A stretch of 64,000 nt of DNA from the human T2T-CHM13v2.0 reference genome, Homo sapiens: assembly GCF_009914755.1 (NCBI RefSeq), contig NC_060926.1; one strand, written 5' to 3'. The notes beneath the pieces are model-generated. The model had not been told where the DNA came from and did no database searches. It was given only the letters and a program-made list of their open reading frames with translations. The position numbers were made by a program, and so were the translations under genes. Each line of letters begins with the position of its first letter. The first letter of the stretch is position 1. This document shows, in pieces, positions 1 through 13,549 of this stretch.

Positions 1-8
1 TGGACAAG

Positions 9-869
9 TTGACAGAAGTAGGCTTCAGAAGATGGGTAATAAAAAACTATGATGAGCTAAAGGAGCATGTTCTAACCCAATGCAAAGAAGCTAAGAACCT
101 TGATAAAAGGCTAGAGGAATTGCTGACTAGAATAACCAGTTTAGAGAGGAACATACACGATGTGATGGAGCTGAAAAACAGCATGAGAACTTTGTGAAGC
201 ATACTCAAGTATTAACAGCCAAATCGACCAAGCAGTAAAAAGGATATCAGAGTTTGAAGACCACCTTACTGAAATGAAACATGAGACAAGAATAAAGAAA
301 AAAGAATGAAAATGAATGAACAAAGCCTCCAAGAAATATGGGACTTCATAAAAAGACCTGATCTATGATTGATTGAAGTACCAGAAAGAGATGAGGAGAA
401 TGGAAAAAAGCTGGAAAACACACTTAAAGATATTATCCAGAAGAACTTCCACAACCTAGGAAAACAGGCCAACATACAAATTCAGGAAATACAGAGAACA
501 CCATTAAGATACTCTAGGAGAAGAGCAACCCCAAGATACATAATCATCAGATTCTCCAAGGTCAAAATAAAGGAAAAACTGTTAAGGGCAGCCAGAGAGA
601 AAGGTCAGGTCACCTACAAAGGGAAGCCCATCAGACTAACTGTGGACCTCTCAGCAGAAACTCTACAAGCCAGAAGAGATCAGAAGCCAATATTCAACAT
701 TCTTAAAGAAAAGAATTTTCAACCCAGAATGTTATATCCAGTCAAACTAAGCTTCATAAGTTTAGGAGAAATAAAATCTTTTCCAGACAAGCAAATGTTG
801 AGTGATTTCATTACCACCAGACCTGCCCTGCAAGAGCTCCTGAAAGAAACAGTAAATTTGGAAAGGTAA
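9..869 (+). pseudogene. L1 ORF1p remnant, disrupted by stop codons
   Basis: ORF pieces 9-197 (coiled coil) and 369-869 (RRM/CTD: YIIIRFSKV, YPVKLSF, FITTRPALQELLKE). Confidence 0.9.
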
Positions 870-968
870 AACCAGTACTAGTCACGGCAAAAACACACCA
901 AAATATAAAGACCAATGACACTATGAACAAACTGCATCAACTGCTGTGCAAAATAACCAAATAGCATC

Positions 969-3500
969 ATGATGACAGGATTAAATTCACACATAACAAT
1001 ACTAACCCTAAATGTAAATGGGCTAAATTCTCCAATTAAAAGACACAGACTGGCAAATTGGATAAGGAGTCAAGACCCATTGGTGTGCTGTATTCAGAAG
1101 ACCCATCTTACATGCAAAGACAAACTTAGGCTTAAAATAAAGGGATGGAGGAAAATTTACCAAGCAAATAGAAATCAAAAAAAGAGCAGGGGTTGCAATC
1201 CTAGTTTCTGACAAAATAGACTTTAAACCAACAAAGATCAAAACAGAAAAGAAGGTCATTACCTAATGGTAAAGGGAACAATTCAACAAGAAGAGCTAAC
1301 TATTATAAATATATATGCACCCAATACAGGAGCACCCAGATGCATGAAACAAGTTCTTAGAGATTTACAAAGAGACTTAGACTCCCACACAATACTAGTG
1401 GGAGACTTTAACACCCCACTGTCAGTATTAGATCAACAAGACAGAAAATTAACAAGGATATTCAGGACTTGAACTCAGCTCTGGATCAAGTGGACCTAGC
1501 AGACATCTACAGAACTCTCTATCCCAAATCAAAGAATATACAATCTTCTCAGTGCCACATGACACTTATTCTAAAACTGACCACATAATTGGAAGTAAAA
1601 CACTCCTCAGCAAATGCAAAAGAACTGAAATCATAACAAACAGTCTCTCCGATCACAGTGCAATCAAATTAGAACTCAGGATTAAGAATTCACTCAAAAC
1701 TATACACTTTTATGGAAATTAAACAACCTGCTCCTGAATGACTCCTGGTTAAAAAATCAAATTAAAGCAGAATCAAGAAGTTCTTTGAAACCAATGAAAA
1801 TAAAGAGACAGTGTACCAGAATCTCTGGAGCATAACTAAAGCAGTGTTAAGAGGGAAATTCATAGCAATAATTGTCCACATCAGAAAGCTAGAAAGATCT
1901 CAAATTAACACCCTATCATCACAATAAAAAGAGCTAGAGAGGCAAGAGCAAACTAATACAAAAGCTAGCAGAAGAAAAGAAATAACTAAGATCAGAGAAG
2001 AATTGAAGGAGATAGAGACAGGAAAAACCCTCCAAAAAATCAATGAATCCAGGAGCTGTTTTTTTTTAAAAAAATAACAAAATAGACCACTAGCTAGACA
2101 AATTAAAGAAGAAGAGAGAGAAGAATCAAATAGACACAATACAAAATGATAAAGGGGATAGCACCACAGACCCCATGGAAATACAAACTACCATCAGAGA
2201 ATACTATAAACACCTCTACACAGATAAACTAGAAAATCTAGAAGAAACGAATAAATTTCTGGACATATACAGCCTACCGAGACTAAACTGGGAGGAAGTT
2301 GAATCCTTGAATAGATCAATAACAAACTCTAAAATTAAGGCAGTAATTAATAGCCTACCAACCAAAAAAAGCCCAGGACCAGATGGATTCACAGATGAAT
2401 TCTACCAGAAATACAAAAAGGAGCTGGTACCATTCCTTCTGAAACTATTCCAAACAATTGAAAAGTAGGGACTCCTCCCTAACTAATTTTATGAAGCCAG
2501 CATCATCCTGGTACCAAAACCAGGAAGAGACACAACAAAAAAAGGAAGACTTCAGGTCAATATCCCTGATGAACATCGATGCAAAAATCCTCAATAAAAT
2601 ACTGGCAAACTTAATCCAGCAGCACATCAAAAAACCTATCCACCATGATCAAGTTGACTTCATCCCTGGGATACAAGGCTGGTTCAACATACACAGATCA
2701 ATAAATGTAATCCATCACATGAACAGAACCAAAGACAAAAACCACATCATTATTTCAATAGATGCAGAAAAAATTTAACATCCCTTTATGTTAAAAACTC
2801 TCAGTAAAATAGGTTGATGAAACATATCTCAAAATAATAAGAGCTATTTATGACAAACCCACAGCCAATATCATATTGAATGGGCAAGAGCTGGAAGCAT
2901 TCCCTTTGAAAACTGTTACAAGACAAGGATGCCCTCTCTCACCACTCATATTGAACATGGTATTAGAAGTTCTGGTCAGGGCAATCAGGCAAGAGAAAGA
3001 AATAAATGGTATTCAAATAAGAAGAGAGGAAGTCAAGTTGTCTCTGTTTGCAGATGACATGATTTTATACTTAGAAAACCCCATCTTCTCAGCCAGAAAA
3101 CTTCTTGAACTGATAAGCAACTTCAGCAAAGTCTCAGGATACAAAATCAATGTGTAAAAATCACAAGCATTCTTTTACACCAACAATAGGCAAGCAGAGA
3201 GCCAAATCATGAATGAACTCTCATGCACAATTGCTACAAAGAGAATAAAATACCTAGGAATACAGCTAACAAGGGATGTGAAGGACATTTTCAAGGAGAA
3301 CTACAAACCACTACTCAAAGAAATAAGAGAGGACACAAACAAATGGAGAAACATTCCATCCTCATGGATAGGAATAATCAAAATCGTGAAAATGGCCATA
3401 CTGCCCAAAGTAATTTACAAATTCAGTGTTATTCCCATCAAACTACCATTGACTTTCTTCACAGAATTAGAAAAAACTACTTTAAATTTCATATGCAACC
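969..3500 (+). pseudogene. L1 ORF2p remnant (endonuclease and reverse transcriptase), with frameshifts and stops
   Basis: Pieces 969-1211, 1266-1472, 2175-2468, 2458-2778, 2876-3157 (FADD) and 3209-3500 lie in different frames. Confidence 0.9.
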
Positions 3501-4289
3501 ACCTATTAAACAATGTGTGTGCCAATAAAATAATTCAGTACACTCAGCAAGTATACATTTCCACAAACATCAACTATCTAAAATATGTATATTGATGATC
3601 TAAGAAATACCAGTAAAGTATTAACTGTGCATCACATTGCTATTACATAATAAACCCATCCACAGTCTTATACTCTATCTCTGACCTTTTGCCATTCAGC
3701 ATCCATGAGACAATTTCCCAAGTTAGGGTGCTAGTTAGAGTCTCTCAGGGTTTAATTCCAGGCTAAATGCATATATTTGCGTCTACTATTGTGGTGGGAA
3801 ATTAGAAACTGGAAGAAAAATGTCAATTTTGTTTTACCAGGGATTGGAGATTCAACTCAGTTGCTCCCAGGGAGCAAACCAAAGTAGAAATGAGTACAGT
3901 GGCATGTCTCCAGCAAAATTTTTGAAAACAAATAAACAAAAACCCACAGAAAGAATATCTATATTTTATGAAAGATAATTAGTTGTGATCAGATGGTGGC
4001 CATTGGCAGTGATATGGACATTTTCCTGAAATTAATTAATTACTTCCATAAGCAGGGTTTTAAATCACCCTGTCTCTATTATTAGGCTCTCTTGTGCTTG
4101 AGGCCCCACAAAACAGGCATTTCTTTGACCTCTCATCTAATCTAGCCTTGTCTCTCAGATCCCTTGCAGGAAGCTGTATTTTAACATAGCATTCAACTTG
4201 TCTGTTATATCTTCTTTATTTAATAGCATAAGCTTTGGGTGTTGCTTCTAACTATGGGAGACCTCAGTCGTATTACGTAGGAAAGCCAT

Positions 4290-4700
4290 CTGCCGAGATG
4301 GGAAGGGCTTTGGTCCAGGAATCAGAAAATTTTGGTTTCAGTCTCAGTTCTGCTATTCATAAACTATGTAACCTTGAAAAAGTCACTTTATGTCTCCGGA
4401 CCTCAGATTGTTTCTTCACATTATCTTTCTACTCTCTTCCATTTTTAAAGGGCTGTAATTTTATTCCAAGGTTATTGTGAGTATAATCATAATAACAGCA
4501 TTGCTAGCCACCTTTTTTTAGTGTTTACCACATGAAAGACATTGCACCAAGTGTTCTGTACATATTAACAAATTTACACTCTTCCCCCATATGCAGAGCC
4601 TTCTTCAGGGTCAATTTCTTTGACTAACCTATCCCAGGTCGCACTGCTGCTAAGTGTATGGCAAAGGAAGGATTCAAATCAGTGTCTGCTGAACTCAAAA
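4290..4700. mobile_element. Two MIR fragments (+ then -)
   Basis: MIR core-like tgtaaccttgaaaaagtcacttta...cctcag, followed by antisense-like cccaggtcgcactgctgctaagtg...ggattcaaatc. Confidence 0.6.
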
Positions 4701-6129
4701 GTGGTACTCAGGAGTGCTCTCTGGGAAGAATTGATAATGATGTTGAAAAGAAAGAAAGAGAGAATCTAGTTTCAATAATTGTTTTTTCTCTCCAGAGGGC
4801 TTATGAATTCCAACCTGAGGCCAGCAAAGAAGGAAATACTGGATAAATTAGTCATCAGTGAATCAACTGGTCAGTCATTAATGGGAATTCAGTGATTTGG
4901 ACTATGTGCTAATGAGGTCAAGGCCAAGTTCAGAATGTGTGCTTAACCCACAGAGGCAGATGTGCTCAGCCCATTTCGAAATCATGGAGAACGTGGATTG
5001 GATGGTCTTTACCCTCCAGAGTGCTGGTAATCTAATATAGAAAATGGTACCCACTAATGGCCTAAAAATAAGCAAGTGTAAGTGGGTTCCATGCAAACTA
5101 GACCTAGACAACTCAGACAGATTAAAGGACAGGAATCTAAGTCCCTAAAATGAAATGTTTTTTTTTAATTAAAAACAATGCCTTTATACAACTAGGAGAA
5201 AATAGAGCTGCAAATCTAAAATAGTATGGCCCTTCAGCAGTTGATGACACCCCAGTGCAAGGAGCTAAACATATTGGTATTAAGGGAGCTGAAAGCAATT
5301 ACCAAGCCAGATTTTTTTTCTCTTTTTTGTTGGCCTTTAACATAAAAAATGCAAGGATAAACATGTAAATGTAGGAGACTGTTTTTCATTCACTGAGTTT
5401 GTAATTCTTTCCTGCATCTCTTTCCAGAATTAGCATGGGTTGTGTAATAGTTTTATTAACAATGTCCTTATTAGATTTGGGGGTGCCCCACCCAGAATGT
5501 GTAACTGGAGTCTGTGTATCTAAACCAATCTACACAAAGAAGTCAGAAAATTATGAATTTTTAAATGTCATTAATCAATATTTGAAAATGGCAAGGCATT
5601 CATTAGGGAACAATTAAGCTATGATGCAAGAAGATAATTAGTAAATTGGGGACAACATGGGTTCATTCATTACTTGAAAACTTAAATAATCTGTTTATCT
5701 GATTTCCTATAATAATGACGTCTTAAAAATCGACATTGAGATTTAAATAATCCCATATTCTTTCTGTGTGTGTCCATATGTGGTTTTCAGTTTTTCTAGG
5801 AATAAATGTGGTTGTTTTTGTCTCTTCTAACCGTCAACGTTCCCCCTACATTTTTTTCTTATCATATTAGGATGTTTCTCTCAGAAAATAGCAGTGTTTC
5901 ATATAGTGTAAGAATATATTAAATTGTAGCTTCCACCATTTATTAGCATTATTGCTGTTGTTGCTGCTGCTGTATTTTAGATTATCAGTTAGCCTTTGCT
6001 TAAGGGGACTAAACCTCAGTCAGGTAGCTTATCTTGTGTGCTATTTGTTGACACATTTTGCTTAGCAATAAAGTACATGCTCTAAGGTATAGAAAGTTAA
6101 GATTTTAGAAATTCAAAAACCCAGGCCCT

Positions 6130-7020
6130 GTAAGAAAAGAGGCAGACAATCCAATAGAACAGTGGGCAAACACTTTAAACAGAAACTTCAAAGAAGCTAT
6201 AAAAATGGTCAATTAAAATAGAAAAGCAGGATCAACTTCACAAGTTATTGGGGAAATCCAATGCCACTGCATTCTAACCAGCAGGGCCATTTGAGAAAAA
6301 TAAACAGTTCTAAGTGTTTGTGAGGATATACAGAAACTAGAAGTCCTATATTCTGCTGGTAGTAGTGTAAATTGATACAACCACTTTGAAAATTGATAGT
6401 ATCTACTAAGCTGAGCAGATATACATTACCCTACGACCTAGAATTCCAGAATTCTATTTATCTCTCTAGAATATAGACATATATTTAGCAAAAGACCTTC
6501 AGAGGAATGTTACTAGCAGCACTATTAGGTTGGTGCAAATTACTTTTAATGGCAAAAACCACAATTAATTTTGCACCAACCTAATATTTGTAATAGCTCC
6601 AAACTGGACAGCATTCAAATGTCCATTCAAATGTTATAGTATATGCATAAGATGGCATACTATACACCAAAGAAAATGAACAAACTAAGACCAAATACAA
6701 CAAGAATAACTCTAACAAATGTAATATCGAACTAGTTACAAACAAGTATGTTCTACATGTTGCCTATTCTACAGGCAAAACTAATCCATGGTATTAGAAG
6801 TCAATGTACTGTATCCTCGAGAATGAGAGAGATGAAGGTGGCTTCTGCAGGTGCCAATAATATTCTCCTTCTTGATCCTGGTGCACTTACAGAGGTGTGC
6901 TTTCTTCATGAAAATTCATGCAGCTGTAAACTTTTGATTTGTATGTTTTCATATTATATATTCATATATTCATATATAATATGAAAATATAAATAAAATA
7001 TAATTTTATTTATATTTCAA
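6130..7020 (+). mobile_element. Old L1M (L1ME-like) 3' end fragment
   Basis: gtgtaaattgatacaaccactttgaaaa, ctccaaactggaca...caaatgtcca and aggcaaaactaatccatgg match the L1M ORF2 end and 3'UTR. Confidence 0.7.
6525..6584. mobile_element. MADE1 (Hsmar1-derived MITE), internally deleted
   Basis: TTAGGTTGGTGCAAA...TTTGCACCAACCTAA terminal inverted repeats flanked by TA at 6523-6524 and 6585-6586; 60 bp against the roughly 80-bp consensus. Confidence 0.9.
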
Positions 7021-7124
7021 CAAAATTATATGCTAAAAGAAGTCCAGGCTTCTGTGAATAAAAATCTTTCCTTTTAAAAATACAAAAATTTTGCAATTCT
7101 AAAGGTTTTTTCTTTGCCGTTCTG

Positions 7125-7197
7125 CAGTTTGCATTTCCTGGAACATGAGGATGCTGATGCTACTGATTGAGGAACCACATTTTGAAGGCCACTGTTT
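7125..7197. mobile_element. MER5-like hAT-Charlie fragment
   Basis: tttgcatttc...gatgctgatgctactg...aaccacattttgaaggccactg resembles a MER5A end. Confidence 0.55.
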
Positions 7198-7249
7198 TCG
7201 AGTTAATCTATATTGGCTCTCATAGCCTTCTCATTTCTCTTAATCCATA

Positions 7250-8520
7250 CATACCACTTTCCATTGCTAGTATGCCACTGGAACGATGCTCTACAGTGTC
7301 TCCATGAACCAATTTCAAGACCCCTGTAGTTCTTACTTATTGACCTTGCTGCAGTGTTTGATTATATTGAAACCTCTTTGAAAACTTTCCCCTAGTTCCT
7401 GTGTCCAGTCTTTTCTAGTTTTCCTCCTAATTTTCTGAACTCTTTCTGGCAGATTTGTTTTTTATTTACCACTAAATCTTAGTATTGTCTGATGCTTCGT
7501 TCTAAACTACCGTTCTCTTCTTTCTGGTGACCTCATCCTCTGCCTTGATATTAATTATTACCTGTATGCTGATGACTCCCGAATTTGAACCTTCAGCCTA
7601 CACTCTTCTCTGAGCCCTGTCCCCATACACATAATGTCTTCTGAACATTTCTTCTTAAATGTACCTCACACACCTCAAGGTCTTCATCTTCTTCCACAAA
7701 AATCTGTTCATCTTATACGCACTTTCTCATGGTTATCTGCCCAGTTACTAAGATTCTTGCATATCATCCTAGTCTCCTCAATCTACCTCACCCACATGCC
7801 AGCGTGTTTTGCAATTCTATTTGCTAAATAGCATTCCCACTTTCCATATCACTGCCATAATTCATCCTCTCCTCTTGCCTTGCCTAGGCCATGGCAGTAG
7901 TTTTCTCCATCATCTCACTCCCACAGCCTACCCTTCTGCAGTTCTCTTCACACTGTTGCTACTCAACTCTTCTAAAAGCAGAATATGATCATCTTAATGC
8001 TTTGCTTGAAACACAATGAGCTGTTCTTAGCTACAGAGTAAAATCCAAACTCTAGCATCTGGCTCCAGTTCACTATTGCATTTCCATTTTAGGGAACTGC
8101 GAAGCTTCTCAAGCATCAAATTTCACATGAATGAAGGGGAGTAGGATCTTGTTAAAATGCAAATCCTGGATCTGGCTCATAAGCCTAGGGTGGGACCCGA
8201 AATTCTGCATTTCAGTAAGCTCCCAAATGATATTGATGCTACTGGTGAGCTACTGCAGATCACACCTGGAATAACAAAGCCCTACATGACCTCTTCACTA
8301 CAGCTACAATGATTTACTTACAGCTTCCCAAATGTAACATGCGGCTTCACAGTCTCTATGCTTTATACCTCTTGTCCTCTTTGCTTGCAATACTTTTTCT
8401 CCCTTGTCTAGCTACCTAATGCAATACCACCCTTCAAGAGACAACTAAAAGAGGACCTCTTCAGAAAGGTTGTCTCCTTTTTCTCCAGGATGATTGAATG
8501 CCTACCTCTTTGTCTTTGTA
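7250..8520 (+). mobile_element. L2 fragment(s), interrupted by a MER5A
   Basis: Pyrimidine-rich L2 body. tatgctgatgactccc at 7565 encodes the YADD RT motif; further L2-typical motifs include gatcatcttaatgctttgcttgaaac and aaatccaaactct. Confidence 0.7.
8095..8280. mobile_element. MER5A-like hAT-Charlie MITE
   Basis: cttgttaaaatgcaaatcctgg...gggtgggacccgaaattctgcatttcagtaagctcccaaatgatattgatgct. Confidence 0.75.
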
Positions 8521-10199
8521 TCAAACAACATGACACTAAATTTAGGCAATCAGAGTTACATTCCAGGCCCTATGCCTCAGGGGATCCTGTGCTTTGTAAA
8601 AGTAAGTCTGCCTTCTTTGAGATTTTCTAAATTACCTTCCAGGACCTGGGATGAGCTAGGGCCAGCAATACCCTTTGGGTGCAAAGTCTCAAGCCTGAAG
8701 TTGAATGTGTGTGTGCCCTGGTCCCCATTGTTTTTCTTAAGGGCACTGTCTCATCCACTATCCCATGGAGAGGATAGACCACATGCCCTGAGGAATTCTG
8801 TGGGACCCCATGGCTGAGTTCTGTTTGCAGGAGGGTGGCCTACTGAACAAATTGTTCTTACTCACCAGTGCAATATTTTTTTCCACAGGATAGCATGAGC
8901 TCTCGCAACCACATGTTACTGACATGCTGATTGGAGATGACTGTCACTCAGGATCCAGGACAAGTTCAGGTCTCTGAGATTCTGACTGTCCACCACCAAC
9001 CCTTGCACTAGAGCCCTCTGTGTGGACTCTTCTTTCTGTTCTCACTTATCTCTCTTCTAACCGTGCTGCTGCCTATAGTCCATACCACCTGAAGGTGGTA
9101 GAGATGGCAGCAGGAATCCTTTATTCAATGTGCCCTCCTCCCCCAACTCCTGGACCCAAGGAGGTCACTCCATCTCCAAATTTTCATAACCTGTGTCAGA
9201 TACTTCTGCAAGAGTGGCTGAACCTATCTCCTCTGAGGGCTTTCATCATTTTGCAGAAGAAAGTTAACAAGTTCTTCTCATTGACGTCCTCTCTTGCTTC
9301 CAATCAATGTGTTGATATCACAGTCTTCTGAGTCCTCTTAAGCATGCTGAATAAGGAACATGAGGAATGGGCATCCCTTGCCCTAACAGGATCACTCTTC
9401 TCATTCTGCCAGTGGGCTGTTGCTCCTCTTTGCCTCACTAGTAAAGATGTACAGAGGGCATAGATGTAATCAACATTGAAGAGAAAGCATATTCTAAAAA
9501 TGCAGTGATTGTAGCCTAAAGAGAACATATGTTTGGAAGATGTGTTGTTCTGTTTATACTATGACATTCAGAGCAGTAAAATTTACATGATCAGAAGATG
9601 AATTATCATTCACATTTTCCTGCAAATTGTGGGTAAAACTTAAATTTGTGGTCATCATCTGTGAATCACAGTAATAACTTTTGGGAAGTCAGTCTTCACA
9701 AGTGGCCTGAAAGTTGATACAGCATCCTGAGTCCTACTGAAGGTATCATTAAATAATTGATATTAGGGACCTACAGAGGACAAAAGATCTATTATATTTT
9801 ATTTTAATACAAAAAGTTCCCTAAGAGCCATGGCATTGTGAGTAATAACAATGTAGCAATCTTTTCCTCATGGTGAGAATATCAAATTCTCCGGAAATGG
9901 CACATTGGACAATAAAGAACATGAGGCAATGGTGCCTGGCCACTACAAAGAATCCTCAAGTGTACTGATTAGACCAAAAACAAATATCTAAGTACTTCTC
10001 TACCCAATATTCTAAGTTTTCATCAGTAAGTCAATATACCTTATCTGGGCCTGAGATTTTATAATATACTTTTAAATCAAATTGCTTATGTAGACTGGTC
10101 TCTAAACAAATATATCCCTGGAGGCCTGCACATCCTGGAATGATCCTAACCAGTGGTATCCTGTGCATGATCTCTGGTATAGTACCTGCCACGCTGCCC

Positions 10200-10330
10200 T
10201 GTAAAAGCTTATCTGCCCACCCCTCTCTCCCAGCAGTGAATTATGAGTGCTCGAAAGGCAGTGGCTGTTCTTTCATTTCTATAACTCCAGAACCTAGCAC
10301 AGTGTCTAGAGCATGGGAAGTTAAATAGAA
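10200..10330 (+). mobile_element. L2 3' end
   Basis: tatgagtgctcgaaaggcag...ccagaacctagcacagtgtctag. Confidence 0.6.
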
Positions 10331-11484
10331 CTTGTGCTTTACAGCAAAATAAGTATGTCCAGCACTTGTTTAACAGAGTGATGTTGATCCACAGTAACTC
10401 AAATTAAATTAACATTCTCATCCCCACTGGTTCATTCGCTAAGAACAGGTTTGCAAGCCCTAGTGTACTTAGAACCTTATTGAGACCTGGGCTACCACGA
10501 AGTATAGCTAAGAAGTAGAGAGGATAAATCATCTTTTCTTTTTACTGATTTTTACAAACACATTTATTCACCTAACTTCACATTCTATGCAACGAAGTTT
10601 CAGAAGTTGTAACTTTACAAAGGTAAAAAAGAGAGGCAGTGACATTGCAAGAAAACTAGGGATGAAAAGGACATTTCACAGTTTGTTAATATGTGAATAC
10701 CGGCACCCCCTTTTTGACTGCCAAAGAGTCTTGTCAGAAGTAAAATGTGGTGGCTCAGGCAAGATACACAAAAAAACACAAGAAGCCCATTGATTATTTT
10801 TGTTATAAAATACACTGTTGATTTCCGTGTACCTTTTTAAAAGAGATTTTTAAACATTTCTTTTCCTATAAAAATTTACTTTGGTTCCTCTGATGCACAA
10901 GGAAGCAGCCACTAAAAATGAGAGCTGATTCCAACAGAAACTTCACAGTTGTGTTTAAAGTTGGAAGAATTCGTAGCTTAGCAAAAACTCAAGAAGAGAA
11001 AATATATGGAAGTGTGCTGGCCTTTTGTCCTTGGTGACTGTCCACATGTTTAATTTTTCTGAGTTGATGTTCCTGGCAAATTTGATTTAGTGATTTTATG
11101 TACGCTTACCAGCTAAAGCAATACATATTTTAAGTCAACTGTCAGTAACCTGCACAGAGTGAAGTGCATAAATGAAAAGAAATTAATGAAATGCTACTAT
11201 ATATATATTACTGCCCCAAAACAATGCCATTTCACAAGGTATTTGCTTTGTTTTGCATGCAGAATAGCACATTACTCTCAATAATCATTTATGCATTTGC
11301 TCTTTAAGTACTTCTGACCAAGGAGGTATAAAACAAGAGCTGGCAAAAGGGAAAGGATCTTCTCTATTGACTAGATAAGCAATTTATGTATTTAAGAGCC
11401 AACATAGAAATATGCCTGAGAATGGTGACTGCCCTCAGTTTGATTAAAGCTTCCTGAATTCACTATTGGGTCAACAGGGATGTA

Positions 11485-11485
<1 letters not shown>

Positions 11486-11529
<44 letters not shown>
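11486..11529. repeat. (CA)~22 microsatellite
   Basis: Direct reading. Confidence 0.98.
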
Positions 11530-11532
<3 letters not shown>

Positions 11533-12266
11533 TCCCACCTCTATTTTTTTCAGAATAATTGCCTGAAGCAGAGGTGTTCCAGCTGCATTCTAGGGAGCTC
11601 CCTGATTCTTCCAAGCTGTCTTGGGGTCCAGGGAAAGGAGAAACCTTGGAGCTTAACCAAGGATTCAGCAGGCTTCTGAGACTCAAGCTTCCTGTGTGCC
11701 CACCACTCCCCACCTGTGTGCTAACCCTGTCCCCAGAACCCTCTCTGCAAGCTGTAACTAGAATGATCTGCTTTTTCTTATTTATGTGTTAGGGTTCCAA
11801 GTAAGATTTCTTTCATAAAGATGTTTTTGCTTCTACATACAAAATTTTAAAACTACTGCAGTTTGACTGGAATATTAGTTATCCATTTATTTAATAAGCA
11901 TTATTAAACACCAACTATATGCAAATAACTCTACTAATTACTGGGGATTCAGAAAGGGAGAATAGTGGGGAGGGGCAAAGGTGGGGAGTGGGAAGAATAT
12001 TATAAACACAGGGGACAGTACATGGTAAGATCTTGTAGCAGGGGGAGACAATGGTGTAAGTCACAGTAAATATTTTTTACATAATATTATTTGACTGTTC
12101 AAGTGCTTGTTATGAAGAATAATGCCAAACGCTGACCAATGCTTAAAGTGAATGAAGACTGAGAACCAGTAGATCTGGCAATGCAGAAACTCCAATGACC
12201 TTAATTCTGTTACAGAAATCTCAGTAGGGAGATATGAATAATATTAACAAGAAATGATTAACTTGG

Positions 12267-12627
12267 TGATATGGTTTGGCTATGTCCCCACCCAAATCTC
12301 ATCTTGAATTGTAGCTCCCATAATTCCCACGAGTTGTGGGAGGGACCTGGTGGGAGATAATTGAATCACAGGGGCAGTTTCTCCCATGCTATTCTCGTGG
12401 TAGTGAATAAGTCTCACGAGATCTGATGGTTTTATAAGAGGAAGCCCCTTTTGCTTGGTTCTCATTCTCTCTCGTCTGCTGCCACGTAAGATGTGTCTTT
12501 GTCTTCCACCGTGATTGTGAGGCCTCCCCAGCTGCATGGAACTGTGAGTCCATTCAACCTCTTTTTCTTTATAAATTACCCAGTCTCAGGTGTGTCTTTA
12601 TCAGCAGCGTGAAAATGGACTAATACA
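12267..12627 (+). mobile_element. THE1B-like MaLR solo LTR
   Basis: TGATATGGTTTGGCT...GGACTAATACA, 361 bp; TSD CTTGG/TTTGG. Confidence 0.92.
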
Positions 12628-13549
12628 TTTGGGGAGTGAGGTAATAGCAGTACAGGCAGATTCAAAGGAAATTTAAAAGATAGAATTGCTATGATAAGGA
12701 ATTTGAGTGAAGAGATGATAATGACCTTGCAGATTCTAACGTGGTGACTAGAATGATAGAACAAACTTAGAGAGAATGAGATCAACGTCGTTTTGGACAT
12801 ATGAGACTTGAGGTACTTGAAATTCCAAGTTCAAAAGCCTAGCAGCCTTCTGGAAATACAACCCAACAAATGCAGCAGGGCTCAAAACAGATGGAGGGTA
12901 TTTGGAGACACTTAAATTTCATGAAGTCATATCAGGCACTCAATAATTAGAGATATTTTACATTAAAGATTAAAATGCAATTTTAAATATCTACCAGGTA
13001 AATTCTAAGTTCCCTTTTATAAATTCTTTCCCCACAATAGGAAAGACACAACATATGAGAAAAAAAAAAGACAGGAAGAGTATTTAAAGAAAATTGTAAA
13101 AGAATAATGACAAAGGCATAGACTCAAAGAAAAGAGCCACTGGTATTAAGAAAACTACACAGATGAAATGGCTAGGAAATAAAAGGACAAGTCAAGGACA
13201 TTTGGTGGGGGAAGAAATGTGGAAAATAATGAAAAAGAATCAAAGGGGAAAATAAGAAAGGAAATGGAAAAAATTGGGGAAAATATGAAAACTTGAAAGT
13301 TCCATGGACATAAAAACATGTTCTTTTCATTGCATAATACCTAAAAAACAGACTGATGAGGAGGACTATAGCTGCCCTTTAAACCTTTCAGAAAAATCAT
13401 TTAACTTTTCTTGAACATAAGAGAGCTAAGTTCTCAAGGTAACAAACCAGCCTCAAAGTTTAAAAAAGACAAATGCCTCTGAGGAGAGTCAAACATAAAC
13501 CCTGGCCAGGTGGAGTAGAGTATGGGAGGAAAATAGGATGCCACACAAA

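Larger units (their letters stand above)
1..3500 (+). mobile_element. LINE-1, older primate L1PA/L1PB-type; runs off the left edge of the window and is 3'-truncated inside ORF2
   Basis: Colinear fragments of ORF1 (QIQEIQRTP, REKGQVTYKGKPIRLTVDLS) and ORF2 ([46 protein letters not shown]). L1 similarity stops at about 3500 with no 3'UTR or poly(A). Confidence 0.95.

Noticed and set aside
8494-9528. ORFs of 74-107 aa in semi-unique sequence
   Set aside because: No recognisable motif, mostly non-ATG starts, no coherent exon structure; expected by chance in 64 kb.
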